From Lobosporangium transversale (lineage: Eukaryota): a stretch of DNA of 64,000 nt. Of this stretch, positions 49,870 to 63,769 are shown piece after piece. The translations under genes and the position numbers were made by a program. A model generated the notes under the pieces. It saw nothing but the letters and a program-made list of their open reading frames with translations, was not told the DNA's origin and made no database searches. Location of the stretch: assembly GCF_002105155.1 (NCBI RefSeq), contig NW_019028994.1, positions 496,001 through 560,000 of the forward strand, in the 5' to 3' direction. Each line of letters opens with the position of its first letter. Position 1 is the stretch's first letter.

Positions 49870-50240
49870 ACATGGCGAAACTACCCTCTCCTGTACAATA
49901 TTCACCCTGTGCTATGGCTATGTAACAGCGCTCACTTTTTACTGCGTTCAGTACTCGCAGAGGAATAGAGGAACTACTGTGGTATATCGCAATCCTTTGA
50001 CTGTACCCCAACTCGATGAAGCAATACGATCTCCGCTTGGCGAGTACACTACGCAGCGAACTCCCCATGTATGGTCTGTCAATATGTGAATCAATGCTCC
50101 TAGCCTTGTTGTATCCCAGATTGAAAATGCATCTTTGTATTATATGCTCCAGGAGGCGAAAAATCGGCTGTTTGGAGAGCTTATCAGTTGGTCGTAAAAG
50201 TGCATCATCCTTCCAGAGTCAAAATCTTTATCCATGTTAA
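49870..50240 (-). pseudogene. Degraded, internally deleted relic of the NLR WD40 region
   Basis: GCTATGTAACAGCGCTCAC..CTGCGTTCAGTACT matches about 25363-25400. GATCTCCGCTTGGCGAGTA..AATCAATGCTCCT..CCAGGAGGCGA..ATCGGCTGT matches about 18591-18730. Confidence 0.75.
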
Positions 50241-50490
50241 TGTGTTACCTACACCACCATTATCGGATATTGCAAACAAATATGGTTTTTTTTTTTCTCT
50301 ATTTCAAATAATATTTTATGCGGGTGCAAAATCTTTTTAAATACCGTTACGGCTGTTACAGTGACCAAGAGCCTAGACGTTTGGTTGCAAACTTCATTAG
50401 CAAAGCAGTTTTAAAAAAAAAATTATTTTTTTACAATTATACACAGATTTTGAATGCATCTTTTTTTTTTTTTTTTAATTTTTTTTATTT

Positions 50491-53400
50491 TTATAGTGTC
50501 ACTCCAGAGGTGGCAGCCAGACCAACACAGACACCATTGACACCATCGGTCCCATTGATGCTATTGATGTCATTCATACTACCGATACTAGACCCCCCAC
50601 TTCTCATCTTGGCTGCATGACAACCCGTCTCTCGATGTCTCTCCAGATCCGCCACTCGACACTCTCCATTACAATACCGTACTTTCTTACAAACACACAA
50701 TGGCATCAAGATTCGGGTCTGACCACAATGTCCACATTCAACAGCCTTCTTTTGATGTCCCGACATGGTCAGAGTCACCGCTGTCGGTGCTGAAGAAGAT
50801 TTAGAAGAAGGAGTAGTAGTAGAACAATGACGATGGCGATGGTGACGATGTTGATGTTGATGTTGTTGATGAGAATGATAACTCTTGGGTCGTTGTTGTG
50901 ACTTGGAATGATGGTGATAAGCATCCTTCACCTCCTTTGGCTGCGCCTCTGTTGGCTCTGTTGCCCTTGTTTTATGACGACCCAAGGTCAGACTCTTGCT
51001 ACGATGCAACTTTGGATCTAGAGGAGTAGAAGGGGCCTCAGCAAGGGCCGTGGCCGGAATAGATGATTTCTTCTTTTCTTCTCCCAACTTGAAAAACCCA
51101 GATTTCCATACAGCAGCTGAAATACTAGAAATGGCGCCTGAGGCTCGCATCGAGAGCGTGCCCGAGTCAGAAGTGCTTGAGGAAAGGGATGATGGGCTAG
51201 AGATCCCTGGGTAAGACGTGGTGGCAGTTGAGGTTGACTCTGTAGAAGAATTGGTATAGGTGGAAGAAGCGTACAAAGCCGGTTCATTTGGCGATAATGG
51301 CTGAGGATGATGGTGTTTTTTGGATCCTTGGATCTCGGTTGGCTGTGCAACCTTGGCTTTTCTTTCTTGTTCTAGCTGTTCCTGTTGTCGTCGAAGTTGC
51401 TCCTGCTGCTCCTGATGCTCCTGCTGCATCTTTTTTTGAAGATCAAAACAGGTTTTTTTGTGGACCAATGCTTGCTGTTGGAGAACACTCAATAATCTCT
51501 TGTTTGCGGAGGTAGGAGTAGGAATTTCACTGCAGACACCATATGCTTGAGCACCGTAGTGGTACTCACCCTTTTGTTGATGAACCCATCCGAGTGTAAA
51601 CATGATTCGTATCCGAAGAGCCCGGCACAAAACTTGGTCTTTTTCTCGCTCTTCTACAGATAAATCCTGGATTGCAGGATTGACAATGTTGCTATTATTG
51701 TTATTCTTCCTAATAGCGCCATCAACAGCAGCAGCCTTGATGTTATTTCGAGCCATGGGGTGAGTAGAAGCTCTTGCAGGTGGAGAGAGCTTTTGCTTCT
51801 GTTGACGATATCCAACTGATTGAGCGCGAACGAGTGGTACAGTCACAGCTGCATCATTGCCATCAGCAAGAACATCGTTCTCATCATCATTAACGTTCAA
51901 GAAGGAGAGGTCAATGCCTTGAGTAAGCAGCAAATCAGTTGGTGTGAAAGAAGAGTTGAAGGCTCCTGTATTTCCATTGTTGTGACCGCCATTTCCCGAA
52001 AGAGAAGAGGAGAACAAGGACTTTGATGCAGCCAATTCCTGTTTCCATGCTTCTGCCTCTTTGTTCAATCTACGCTCGATATTACGTAAAGTGCTCACAG
52101 CTTCGACCAAAACAGGCTCGTCAAGACCCAAGGCTCTTTTCTGGATCATCAAACATAACTTTTGGATCAGATCCTCAATCTCTGGGGTTGCTAGACCGAT
52201 TCTCCTTGCTTCTTCTTCCTTCTCAAGCTCATCGTATTCTTCCTCCTCTTCCTCATTATCTTCTTCATGATTGTTACCATTGCACTCCTCACAGTCTTCA
52301 CAGTCTTCACAATCCTCATCTTCGTTGTTGTCGCTATCTTCTTCTGTTGGTGATGTTGTAATGGCTAATTTGAAACTGTTTTGATTATCCAGGTGCGACA
52401 TTGGGTTTCTGTATTCACTCTCAGCAGAGGTTGCAATCTCGATTGATCCTTTAGAAGATGGACTAGTGCGGATTGGTATAGAGCCTTGTTTTTTTTTACA
52501 AGTCGTCATTGCATGCTTTTGCTCTGTTCTGGTTGGTCGTCGAGGTTGAGCAAAGTATTCTTCTAGTTCATCATGATCATCTTGGATTTTAGATCGTCTT
52601 GACCGACTAGACTGATTGACAGTCAAAGACGCTAATGACGATGATGAGGATAATGACGATGCTAAAGACCATCGTCTAGCAGACCAGATTCGAAGTGCAT
52701 GAAGTAAGATCTGAACAGCCTTGACGTCACTCTTGACTAGGCCGGGTACGTTCGAGGTCGAGGTATAGAGCGCATAGAGAGAGCCACAAGCCGGTAAGGA
52801 ATGGTGCTTTTCTGCAGCTAGTTTATACAAAGTGAGCGCGGGCACATAACGATGAGAGATGTAATGTGATTGGGCCAAGAGAAGAATATCCTGGAGGGTT
52901 CTAGGTGGTTGTTGCTGATCATAGAGAGCAACGGAGGTGGAAAGTGAGGATGTGAGACAAGTGGGTGATTTTGCCAGCACGTTCAAAGAGGATGTGGATT
53001 GAGAGCGTTGTCGGACCATGTCCAAATCAGTTGCCTCAAAGAAAGAGGAGAAGGATTGTTGCCTTTGTAGCTTCTGTTGTTGTTGTTGTTGTTGTCGTTG
53101 CAGTTGAAGTTCTTGTGTAGCAAAGAGATTAAGTGCACTCCGAAGACTATCACTACTGCTGACACGTCTAGTTATAGGAGGGGGCAAGAACCGTTGAGAA
53201 TAGACCGAGCAAAATGTGGTGCTAGTGGTTAAGCTGGCAGTAGAGGGCGAAGGACTTCTCGAAGGATGAGGAGAGATAGAAAAGCGTGGAGTGAGAAGAA
53301 ATGGAGATGGAGTGGGAGCAGGTAGAGGAGTAAGAGTCGACACCGAGCCCTTGGGATTGCCGATAGGGTTATTCCGAGGAGGGCCTTGTGATAAAAGTGA

Positions 53401-55582
53401 GAGCCTGGGCGCAGGAGATGGGCACAGAGGGTTGTTTGAGGATGAAGAGGAATTTTGGGAGAGGGCTGAGGGAAGGTCGGACGAATTGATGGTTTCACAC
53501 TTGCGGGTATAAGAGGTCCGAGGAGGGGGAGTGGAGAGGGTAGGACAAGTATGGATGATGGGGATGGAATGAGACTGAGACTGAAGTTGAGACTGAGGTT
53601 GAGACTGAGAAGAGGAAGAAACGAGGGTGATGTTGGATGGTCGAAAACAAGGAGAGGGAGAAGAAAGAGAAGAAGCGGGAGAGAATGAAGAAATAGGGGA
53701 GGAAGAAGTAGTGGAGGTGGAGGTGGAGGTGGAAGAGGTTGGAGAAGAAGATGAGGTAAGGAGGAATGGTGGTAGTAAAAAGGCCTGAGCTGTGGCCCAA
53801 AAGGGAAGAGCCGCAGGATTCGAAGGCGTGATCTGACGGTGGCAGTGGCAGTTGTTTTGGAGATTATTATAAAAAGGCTCTTGTGAATTATGTTGATTAG
53901 GGTGATGTAGATGTTGCATTGGCTCGTGTTGCTGTTGTTGCTCAGTCATGATCGATAGCTGAGATTGAAGTAACTGCTGGCATTGATCCTGAGGATTCTC
54001 CGTCGAGTGCTGAGTTGGATTCAATAACTGGGGAAGAGGGCCGTGGGGTGACTTTGTCTGAGAGAGATCCTATGCGCACGTACAATGTTTTATATTTGTT
54101 CGTTTTATTAATATTTTTATTTTTAAACAAATTCTTGGATAAAGAGAGAGAGAGAGATTGAGTGGTAAAATAAAAAAATAAAAAAAAGTTTAAAGGGAAG
54201 AGGCTAGGACTGTAAGGACTGTAAGGATAGGACTCCAGTCCGATCCAATTATCAAACAAACAATCGAATGGAATAAATATAACAGCACAGATTCAGCATT
54301 ATAGATCACACGAGCAAAAAAAAAAAAAAAAAAAAAAAAAAGAAGAGTGGATGTTGAGCAAGGGTATGTGTAAAATGACGTTTTTGAACATTGAGGGAGG
54401 ACAAGATGGAAAAATGGAAGGAGAAAGTGTACACATGCACATGCACGCAAACATCCAAAGCACAACAAATAATGCAAAATAACCAAAGGAAGTTTCATCC
54501 CATGTAGAACAGATCGTTTAACCACAGACTCTTCGCCTCTTGTCTTCCCATTCACTCTAAACCGTAAACGGTATCCTCCTTTTATTTTCATATCCACGGA
54601 AAGGGGTGATGAGGATTGTAAAGTTTCGATTGGGTGATCAAAGGATTGTTATATGTGCAGTTGAAGGATGGATCCAATGTGTTCGAGACTTCGAGACTGT
54701 TAATGGCGGGAATAGTAAAGTGAGTTTCTCTTTAAGTGTTTGAGACTGAAGGTGCTTTATCATCATATGTAGTTTGATTTGAAGAAGATTGTCCGCATTG
54801 CCATTGTCCAGATGTAGGTTTGAACAAATCAAATCAAAAAAGAGGTGGAGCCCAATCTCAAATGTTGTTATCCATCATGACAAATGCTCCCATATTAGGA
54901 TTAAACGTGGCAGGAATGAGTCGGAATGTAAAAAATATACATGTAAAAGATATATTATACATATATATATATATATATATAAAGTGGATTGATGATACAT
55001 TTATATTTTATCACTTTTTAATTTTATCTGCAGCTCTTTCGTCTTCCTTTCCATTTCTATCTGACCGAGAATTTGCTGGATAAGAAAGGAAACGAAACTT
55101 ACTTGATTCTGCTCAGGATTTATACGAGAATGATTGGAATCATTGCTGTGGTGATTGATGCTCTCGTTGTTGTTGTTGTTATTGTTGTTATTAACATTAA
55201 TATTACTATTATGACTAGTGTTATTATTACTATTGATGTTGATGTTGTTTTTGGTGAAAAGAAGATCCAAGGAACGAGATTTGCTGCACGCGACCTCATT
55301 TGTACTACTGAGAGGAATTGGCGTGATGCTTGTGCTGATATTGCTGTTGATATTCGTGCTCATGTTGATGGTGCTTTTATGATTGGTATGCCCATCACCA
55401 TCGCCATCACCATCAGTGCTACCATCAGCATCAACATCAACAGCATCAACAATGCCATCGCCATGTACCTCTGATGTTATCTTGTGTACCTCTAAAGAAC
55501 AGTCTGTGAGATGTTGTTGGTCCGTCAACACTCTTCTGGGCAAAAGAGGTTGCTGATGGTCAATGCATTGATGTTGTAGCAT
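50491..55582 (-). CDS. Large low-complexity protein with TPR/Sel1-like helices and a C-terminal MYND-type zinc finger; probable exons 55582-55103 and 54069-50491
   Basis: C-terminal CGHCG..LCVCKKVRYCNGECRVADLERHRETGC; helical segments ALTLYKLAAE and FTLGWVHQQKGEYHYGAQAY. A GTAAGT donor at 55102 and CATAG acceptor at 54070 are phase-compatible, but exon 1 is less certain. Confidence 0.7.
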
Positions 55583-56052
55583 GCTTGCTAATATGCAATT
55601 AATATTAAATGATATTAGAAATAATAATAATAATAAAAAAAAAAAATTAATGGAAAAAAAAAAAAGGTGATTAAAAGAGGAAAAAGGTCAATCCGTTTCT
55701 TTATTCCTTCTTTTTATATGAGAGTAGCCATCCCCAAGACAACAAACATGTGCATGATGAGAGTAGAAAACAGGGTAGTAACAAAAAGACTATTCGAGTC
55801 ATACAAAGATCCGTACAAAGGAAAGGAGAAGGGAGACACTCTAATGCAGTGCAGTGTATATGCATATGTTTAAAAAGGATAAACAAATTCCATGCAAAAC
55901 TTCCCCTAAGTTTGCCACATCTAAACACATAAACATCCCCCCTCCCCTTCCTTCTCGACCCCCAGTGGAAATACCAGCCATTCATAAGGCTGAAAGATGA
56001 ATTGATTCAGCATTCCAAGCTTTTCATAAAAAAGACTTGGTCTGCAGGAAGG

Positions 56053-56083
<31 letters not shown>

Positions 56084-57151
56084 CGCGCATAAACAAACAA
56101 GGACCTGAGGACAGTCTAACCCACGTAATCAGCCCAAGGCGTTGATAGTAAAAAGTAAAAAGTAAAAAGTGAAAAGCGAAACTTTGTCCGGTCTCATAGG
56201 TTGAACAGAAAGTTGCAACGGATCATATTTCTTCCTACACTTGGATATACTCGTGGCGTCTTTTTTTTTTTTATTTTAGTTCTTTAAAGAGAGTTTTAGG
56301 GTCTGATTTAAAGATATTAAAGATCGAGGAAAGAATAACCCAAATCAAATGTAATGGATACAAGATGGAGTAAAAAGGTAGGGTGGACGACATGTAGCCC
56401 TATTACAGTGTTTACCCCCTATTTTTTACTTTTGCATTATGTATATACCTCTCTCTCGTTTTTTCCTTTTTCTGTCCCTGGCAAAGCACAAACACAATTC
56501 TTTCTTCTTTGCTTTTTGCTCCGCCCCTCTCCTGATCTGATCGAATCAAAATACCACGAAAACTAATTTTGGTAATTCTCTATTGCAAACACACCCCACA
56601 AGACCAAATTTTTTTTTTTTTTTTTTTGTGATGTGGATGGATGAATGTATTTACATGTTACATGTACATGATTGCATGGTTGTACAATCAATGTGTTTGC
56701 AAAGAGGGGCAAATGTGTGGATGGGAAGAATAAATAAAAATTGATCAGATCGAATTATAAGTGTGTATCAATCATGTCTGCCTTGTCTATGTCTATACTG
56801 AGCTATTTTTCTTTCTGAAAGGAAGAAAAAGCCGAGGGGGACTATCGATGAACCCTGACGCACATACCTTTTTTTTTTAAAAAAAAAAAAAAGAGAGCAA
56901 TTACCAAGTAAAGAGAAGGTGTGGGGAAAGAGGGGGAGGATAGAAAAGTTTGGTCTGTTTATGAATAACGTGCTTGTGAATGCGGTGTGCCAAAAGAAAT
57001 GAAGAAAACGTCCGTTGGTTTCTGTCCAATTCCTAAACTAAAATATGTAAAAAAGAATCCAAGTGTAAAAGAGAATGTGAATGTGAATGCAAATGCAAAT
57101 GAGAATGGAGAGAGGTAAAGGATGCAAGCAGTTTGAAGGGATGAAAAGAAT

Positions 57152-57184
<33 letters not shown>

Positions 57185-57533
57185 GTCGGGAATATTGTTT
57201 CTAGTTCAGCATTGACTTTTGCATAATACGATGGCATGGTGGTCTTCCTTTTTTTTCCTTCGCCATGGACGTTTTACAACGTTCCTTGAATTGGATTGCT
57301 AATGTTCCAGGCTGCCCACGTAAGGCTGTTGTGCTAAATGACCTTCTCCTATCGATGACACACTAAACCGGCGGGGCGAAAGGAAAAAAAAAAAAAAATT
57401 CTCTTTGCTCATGTATCAAAACTGGACGCAGTAACTTGATTTGCCCAAACTTGTAATCAGCTCGCTATCGTCCGTATGATTGAACGTAGTGTTTGATGCA
57501 GCCACTCTAGTCAACACATCTTATACACACCCC

Positions 57534-57566
<33 letters not shown>

Positions 57567-58535
57567 CTTCAAAAGATTACTCGATCCAAGGTAATTTTAT
57601 CTTTCATTGATTGGACAACATTCGCATTGGCCACTAAGACAAAAAAAAAAAAAAAAAAAAAAGGAAAAAAGGACAGAAGGTCCGATCGAACTGCAGAGTA
57701 ATTCTAAAATGCACTCGTAATACCTCCATCGACCAATTTTCCTCTTCTTTTTTCTCGTTTACTGGACATGGCAACAATTGTTCATGTTCCTTATTCTTTT
57801 GACTCTCGTTGTACCATAAACCAAAAGCAAACAAATGCTGGAATCCAGTCGGGGCTAAAACAATGTTGTTAAATCACGTGGATAACAAGTTGTTTGTGTA
57901 AAAAAAATTACGCGCTCCATCTTTGGGTAGGAGAGCACATTGCTTTTCAACAGGAAAACCCAAGCATTGCTTTTCAATACAATTTGAACCCGCGCCTTTC
58001 AAGGCTTATCGTATATATCGCAAGCGTCTGGGAAGAATGCCTACCTATGTACTGCTGTGTAAGAGTTTAAATCCATGAGCAAATCGAGAACCGCCTCGAA
58101 TCTGTATCGTATCGAGTTGGACGTGATATCCGGAAATGAATTAAATAAACAAAAATTTAAACAAATTGCACAAAAGTAAATTGGTTTGCCCAATACCGAG
58201 TTTTTTTTTTTTTTTTTTTTTTTTGCTTGTGAGTACTTCAGTACCATGAAGCAATAGCCATACTATATTAATAGAACAGCTACCCATCAAGGAATAAGCT
58301 GCTATGATCATTCATCATGGATTAAACTGTATTGTGGCGGGTCTAATGAGGACAGAGAGTTTAAACGTATTAGAGTGCCTTCACAAAGCCATACTTCACA
58401 AAATGCATGTCTCTCTAAATAAATAAATAAAAACTCTGTCAATTTCAATTATATAGTACAACAACGTGAACTAGTAGTAATCTATTTCTCTTTTTTCTGC
58501 TTTTCTTCTCTTTTCTTTTCTTTTCTTTTCTTCTT

Positions 58536-59047
58536 CTATGGATTCGTGATTGCCATCTTCTTGGCGTGTTGGTTTCGACGGTTATGATTAGCCTTGGATG
58601 CTTTCTGGCGCTCATTTTGGGCACGGTCACGCGGGTTGTCCTTACTTTTATTGTTGCTCTGACTACCTTGTCCTTGTCCTTGTTGTTTCTGATGCTGTGA
58701 CTGTTGTTGTTGTTGTTGCTGGCCATTGCTGGGGCGTGCAGATGGGGACCCTGATGGCTGCTGAGAAGAAGGTTTTGATCCATGAGATCCTTTGTTCTGC
58801 TGCGGCTTCTTTTGCGAAAATTGTTGTTGCTGCTGTTGCTTCTGTGGTCTACCTTGGGTATCACTCTTCTCCACAAATGGAAGTCGACCTCCACGGCGCT
58901 TGTCAACTGGCTCCATTCCTTCAATCTCTTTCTGTCGACCATCAAACTCATACTTTTGTGCAATCTCTTCTTTACGAGGCTAAATTTTGTCATCAAAAGT
59001 AATAGACAAATAGACAATAGACAATAGGTAATGAGTAAGCGTAGAGT

Positions 59048-59078
<31 letters not shown>

Positions 59079-59773
59079 GTTTTAAAAAAAAAAAAGAAAA
59101 GAAAAGAAAAGCTTACATTGCGACCAAACATAATGGCCCAGCCTTCAAGCTGCTCATCACTCATCTTGGTCAAATTACGAAGCTCCTGTCTCTTCTTGGA
59201 GCGACGCGCCTCAGTACTGCGATTGAACACATCCTTCTGGCCCATGTACATGTTGATCAACGCTTCCTCATGCTCGATTGATGGATCAGCAGCCTGTAGA
59301 ATTAGATACCAAATCAGAAATAATAGAGAGTTATATATCAGTATGGTATACACCTTTGCGACATTAGAGCTTGGGTCTGTCCCATCTCCAAAAGTATATA
59401 CGCGCGCCTTTGTTTTCATTGTTCATTCTTACTATTGCGAGGCTGGGCTTAGGGACGCCTTCGTCAGTCTTGGCGTCAATATCATCGTCCACCAGTTTAA
59501 AGTCTGCACTAGTATTATTCAGACCCATCGAGTCGTACGTGTCATCATATTCATCATCGTACATCATATCCACAGCCTGAAGGATAGCGCTCTTGTGTTG
59601 ATCAACAAAAGACTTGTCATCCAATATGATCTCGGCATCTTTTGGCCTAAATTCATGCAACATTAAGAAATCAATCGGGTACAACATGATCAGCTTACTG
59701 TTTCCTCTATTCAGGCTTGATACAGTCATAAAGCGAATGTAATAATAATCCTAGAGAGAACAAAATGCGCTGG

Positions 59774-59811
<38 letters not shown>

Positions 59812-61727
59812 ACTTACCCTTTCTTTCCACGCGAGACCTTGGATCTGTCAAGGACTTTTCCTGAAAACACGTCAAACTCATCTCCATCAAAGATGTTTCT
59901 ACGCAAAGATAAAATGTCTTCCTGCACAGGAACTACAGAAGACTTAACAACTGGTATCGGTATCGGGGCTGATTCTACACGATGAGGCATGGATCTATAA
60001 CAAGGATGTGATTGAATAAATGTCAACAGAAAGAAAAAGATGGAACTAAAATCGTGCGATCTCAAACTATAAGGCATTAAAAGGTGTTTATACACATACC
60101 TCGCTGTCGACCGATCCATAGTAGCCAGATCACTAGGAAGGTTTTCTTCTAAAAGTCGCATGGTCACAGTCTCAACATTATCTTTAAATGTGATAAGACA
60201 TGCTTCCAGAAAGCCATCACCAAGGTCAGGGAACAAGTCTTGTAGCTGGGAAATTAACATAGTACGCTTAACATAGTCGTCTTCCTGATCAGTCGTCATA
60301 GGGGTGACATTAATCCTTGGAGTGCTATCATTTGACACTGTATTTGCACTGGATCGATTAAAGTCGTCATTGATGTACAGTCCTGACATTTCTCGAGCCA
60401 TCTTTTCAGATTTTCGCATGTTGTGTTCATAAACATAGTTCTCCGTCGCCAGGTTGAAACGTCGGAGGTCGTTCAGTACTACGATCCAATGACCAAGTCG
60501 GTCATTTTCCCCCCTACATCTTTCCACATTGATGTCTGATAGTTTTTCAGAGATACTAAATTGAATCTCAAGATCCAGAATCGAAGGAGCATCGTACATA
60601 GGAGACATATCCTCCTGTAATGGTGATTGTTCATACAGATCAACAATGACTCCGCAAAGACTATCAGTCAATTCTGCAGTAGCACTTTCGTCGTCCGGTG
60701 ATGACGTAGAAGTGACAAGATGTTGTTTATAGATACCATCCAATATGTTGTTGACAACAGAAAGCATCTTGATCCGCAAGAAATTGAGAACAGGGCGAGG
60801 GTTGATGACGCCTGCTGTTTGGTTATCAATTAATGTCTTGCTAAGAACAGGGAGGGTGTAGTTGTAACAGCCTGTTAAGCATTGTAAAAATGTAGGGTGC
60901 TGGAGCAATTCTATTGCTAAAGTAGGACTAACAGCAGAGACTGAGGAAAGGGCGTAGGCAATGTTGGATAATGCGCTCGTATACTGCATAATCTCTACAA
61001 ACTTTTCTTCATCCATTTCCGATGGATAAGGTTCAGGTGATACTGAAGGGGATATTCCCTTGCCTTTGCCCTTTCCCTTGCCCTTTCCGGCAGCACTTCC
61101 ACTGACGCCCTTTTCAAATCGTTTTTGTACTTTACGAATGATCTGAACCACTGTGCCTGTTGACGCCCTAAAATCGCCAATGAGATCGGGAATATTTTGG
61201 AGAAAAATGCTAACAAGTTTGGAGACGCCCTCTGGATCGGAGCTTCCATAGATCCCGGAAAGGTCCATGAGCACAGATGTAGAGATAATCCCTCGATCCA
61301 AAAGAGCTGATCCTGGACCGTATTTGATATCCTGATCTTGATCCTGAGCTTGATTTTGACCTTGACCTTGATCCTGATCCTGATCCGCAAGCAATCGAGC
61401 AGCAGCAGCAACTGCTTCAGGCGCGGTTATGGTGTCTGATAGTCGACGGTAGATCATATAGGTTCGACGAACAACCTCCTGTAGTTCCATGACCCAGATA
61501 TCGTTCTTATTGCCACGAAAGCTCGCATATTCACCCAAGAATGAATTAAGGAAGTGAACGAGACTATCGTTCTTTAATAATTCAACCCAAAAGGTTTTGT
61601 TGTTGTGTTTGAGAATCCTGCTAAGGCTTTCGTTCCAATTATCGACTGCAATAGAAAAATCGGCCTCTGTCAACGCTGGATCGGTCAATGGCGTCACAAA
61701 TGGTAGAATATCAGTCACTGGTGCCAT
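58536..61727 (-). CDS. CUE-domain protein, ASCC2/Cue3 (RQT complex)-like; exons 61727-60100, 59994-59818, 59646-59433, 59293-59117, 58979-58536
   Basis: CUE domain ISQLQDLFPDLGDGFLEACL; motifs RRNIFDGDEFD, DDEYDDTYD, MSDEQLEGWAIM and C-terminal KASKANHNRR. GT-AG junctions are all in frame. Confidence 0.85.
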
Positions 61728-61947
61728 GATTAAGAGCTTGAAAACAAAGGGAAAAAAAAAATACAAGTAATACAGTTGAATAAATTGGAGAAAATGAAGT
61801 AGCTAATTAGAATGATAGAATGAGAAAGATGAATGAAAAGAAAAAAAGATAAAAGAAAAAGGAGGCAAATAAAAAAAAAAAAAAAAGTTTTAAACCTTGG
61901 GTCGCGATGTCCCCATTGGAGCAATTTTTACATTCAGCTCCAACCGT

Positions 61948-62427
61948 AGCCTGCGGACGAAGTTCATGTGCACATGCACGTGCTGGAAGGCAGATGTGGC
62001 TTGCTCTTCTCTCACAGGCTGGGACTTGACATTTTGGTTAAATTTCTAAGTCGAAAACACCGCAGGAAAGGCTCTTTTTTTTTTGTCATTTTTTTTTAAG
62101 CAAAGTTTGCAGATCACAAGAAAATGGCCTACATGTGAAGCATGCTATTGTTTTTCTTGCTCTCATTTCACAACCTCATTTATTCATTACGAAATTTACC
62201 TCCCATCATTCTCATCTTAAAAAAAAAAAAAAGCTCCCTGTGGTGTAAATGACTTGGAAATAAAAAAAAAAATAAAAAAAAAGAGCCTTTCCTGTGGTGT
62301 GTTCAACTTAGAAATTTTTTAGACCTCCAGCCAAAATGTCACGTTTGGTCCCAGAGAAGTGTCTGCAGGAGCATGCCACGTTTGCCTTTCGGCGCGTGCA
62401 TGTGCACATGAACTTCGCCCTCAGGCT
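61948..62427. mobile_element. Non-autonomous element (MITE/foldback) with imperfect terminal inverted repeats of about 130-150 nt
   Basis: AGCCTGCGGACGAAGTTCATGTGCACATGCACG..GACATTTTGG..AAATTTCTAAGT..CAGGAAAGGCTCTT is mirrored by AAGAGCCTTTCCTG..ACTTAGAAATTT..CCAAAATGTC..CGTGCATGTGCACATGAACTTCGCCCTCAGGCT. Confidence 0.8.
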
Positions 62428-63387
62428 TGCACAAAACCAATATTATTGAGTCCATTCTTAACGTCCAAATGCCAAGTTTTTTCTTTATTACTCTCAAGCA
62501 ATGAACTAGACTTTATGGGGCAACTAATATAATTGCTGGGATATCTACTTGATCATCCTCCTCTTTTTCTTCATTGCCATCTTTTCTTTCTTTGCTGTCA
62601 TTCTCCCCATCCTTCCTAAAGTTTGACGCGTCAAGGGTTTTCTCTAAAGCATAATTTTGCTTAGATATCACCAAGAAAGCACTGATACAAAAAATTATTG
62701 TTCGCGTCTGAACACTTACAATATGAGCAACAGCTTCTTGTTCTTGGAATGAGGTATTAGACATGCTCATAGTGGGATGAATGTAAGGTGAAGAGTGGAT
62801 GTGCACACTTTCGATTGTGTGGTGAAAACAAGAGAGTTAAAGAGATGAATAGTGTTTGTGTATTTAAATAATACATGTTATGTCACACTTGGGGGCCAAT
62901 TTAATCTTTAATCGCATGGCGTCTTGTGCAACAAGAAAAAAAAATTTCTCACACACACAGCATAGCCCAACCTTGAAATAAAGGAACAAATTTATCAATT
63001 GTCGCTCCTTTCTTTAACTTGCTTCACTTCATTTTTGCACTCTCCTCTTCCTTTTCTTCCTTTATCCTCTTTTCACTTTTTTCTTATTTCCCCCCAGTTT
63101 TGCTCCCTTCACATATCTTCTCCTCTTCCTTTTTCATTTATTCCAAGCTTTCATTCATTGCCTTTCCTTTCCTTTCCTTCCTTTTTTTTTTTTTTTTTTT
63201 CTTTTTTCTTTTTTTCTTTTTTTCTTTTTTTCTTTTCCTCCCTCATCTTCATCTCCACAGCTTACATTGTCACAATTTTGAACCATCCTGCTACTGACTT
63301 ACCATACTTAACAATTTGATCAAACTTGTCCTGTTTTCTGTCCTCCGTCCATTTACACCCTTGTTTTTAAACAGTTTTGAAATCACA

Positions 63388-63769
63388 ATGGGAAGCGGAA
63401 CAACAACACCAAATGGTCCATCTAGACGTGGTTCGACTGAAAGAGAAAGAGAGGTTGAGAAAGAGCCAACCAACCTAAGGATTTATTGTATTGTTGGTGG
63501 AGAAGCAACGTCTTTTCCTGCAAATATCCCTTCTGATCGTTCAGTCGGCGAACTCAAGCAAGCCATCTATTCGCCTGCTAGATTTGGTGATATCCCACCG
63601 GAGAAGCTCACTCTCAAGCTCATCCCCGGCGGCACAACGAAGAAAGGATTGGAAACATTATCCGAAGAATCGCTTGTAGTGCTCGATGAACTTGAAGAAC
63701 TCAGCACTTATTTTCCAAAAGGTGCAGCAAAAGGTCGCATTCACATCATTGTCAAGCTGCCGCCGCCAG
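63388..63769 (+). CDS. Crinkler (CRN) N-terminal ubiquitin-like header, first exon
   Basis: LRIYCIVGGEATSFPANI..VGELKQAI..EKLTL..LSTYF..IHIIVKLP matches the CRN header pattern ending in the HVLVxxP-type motif. A GTATGT donor follows. Confidence 0.82.

Noticed and set aside
55667..58400. Numerous 60-95-aa ORFs rich in F or K
   Set aside because: Products of poly-A/T tracts in intergenic DNA.
62513..62806. 97-aa minus-strand ORF
   Set aside because: No recognisable domain or splice support; cannot be called from sequence alone.
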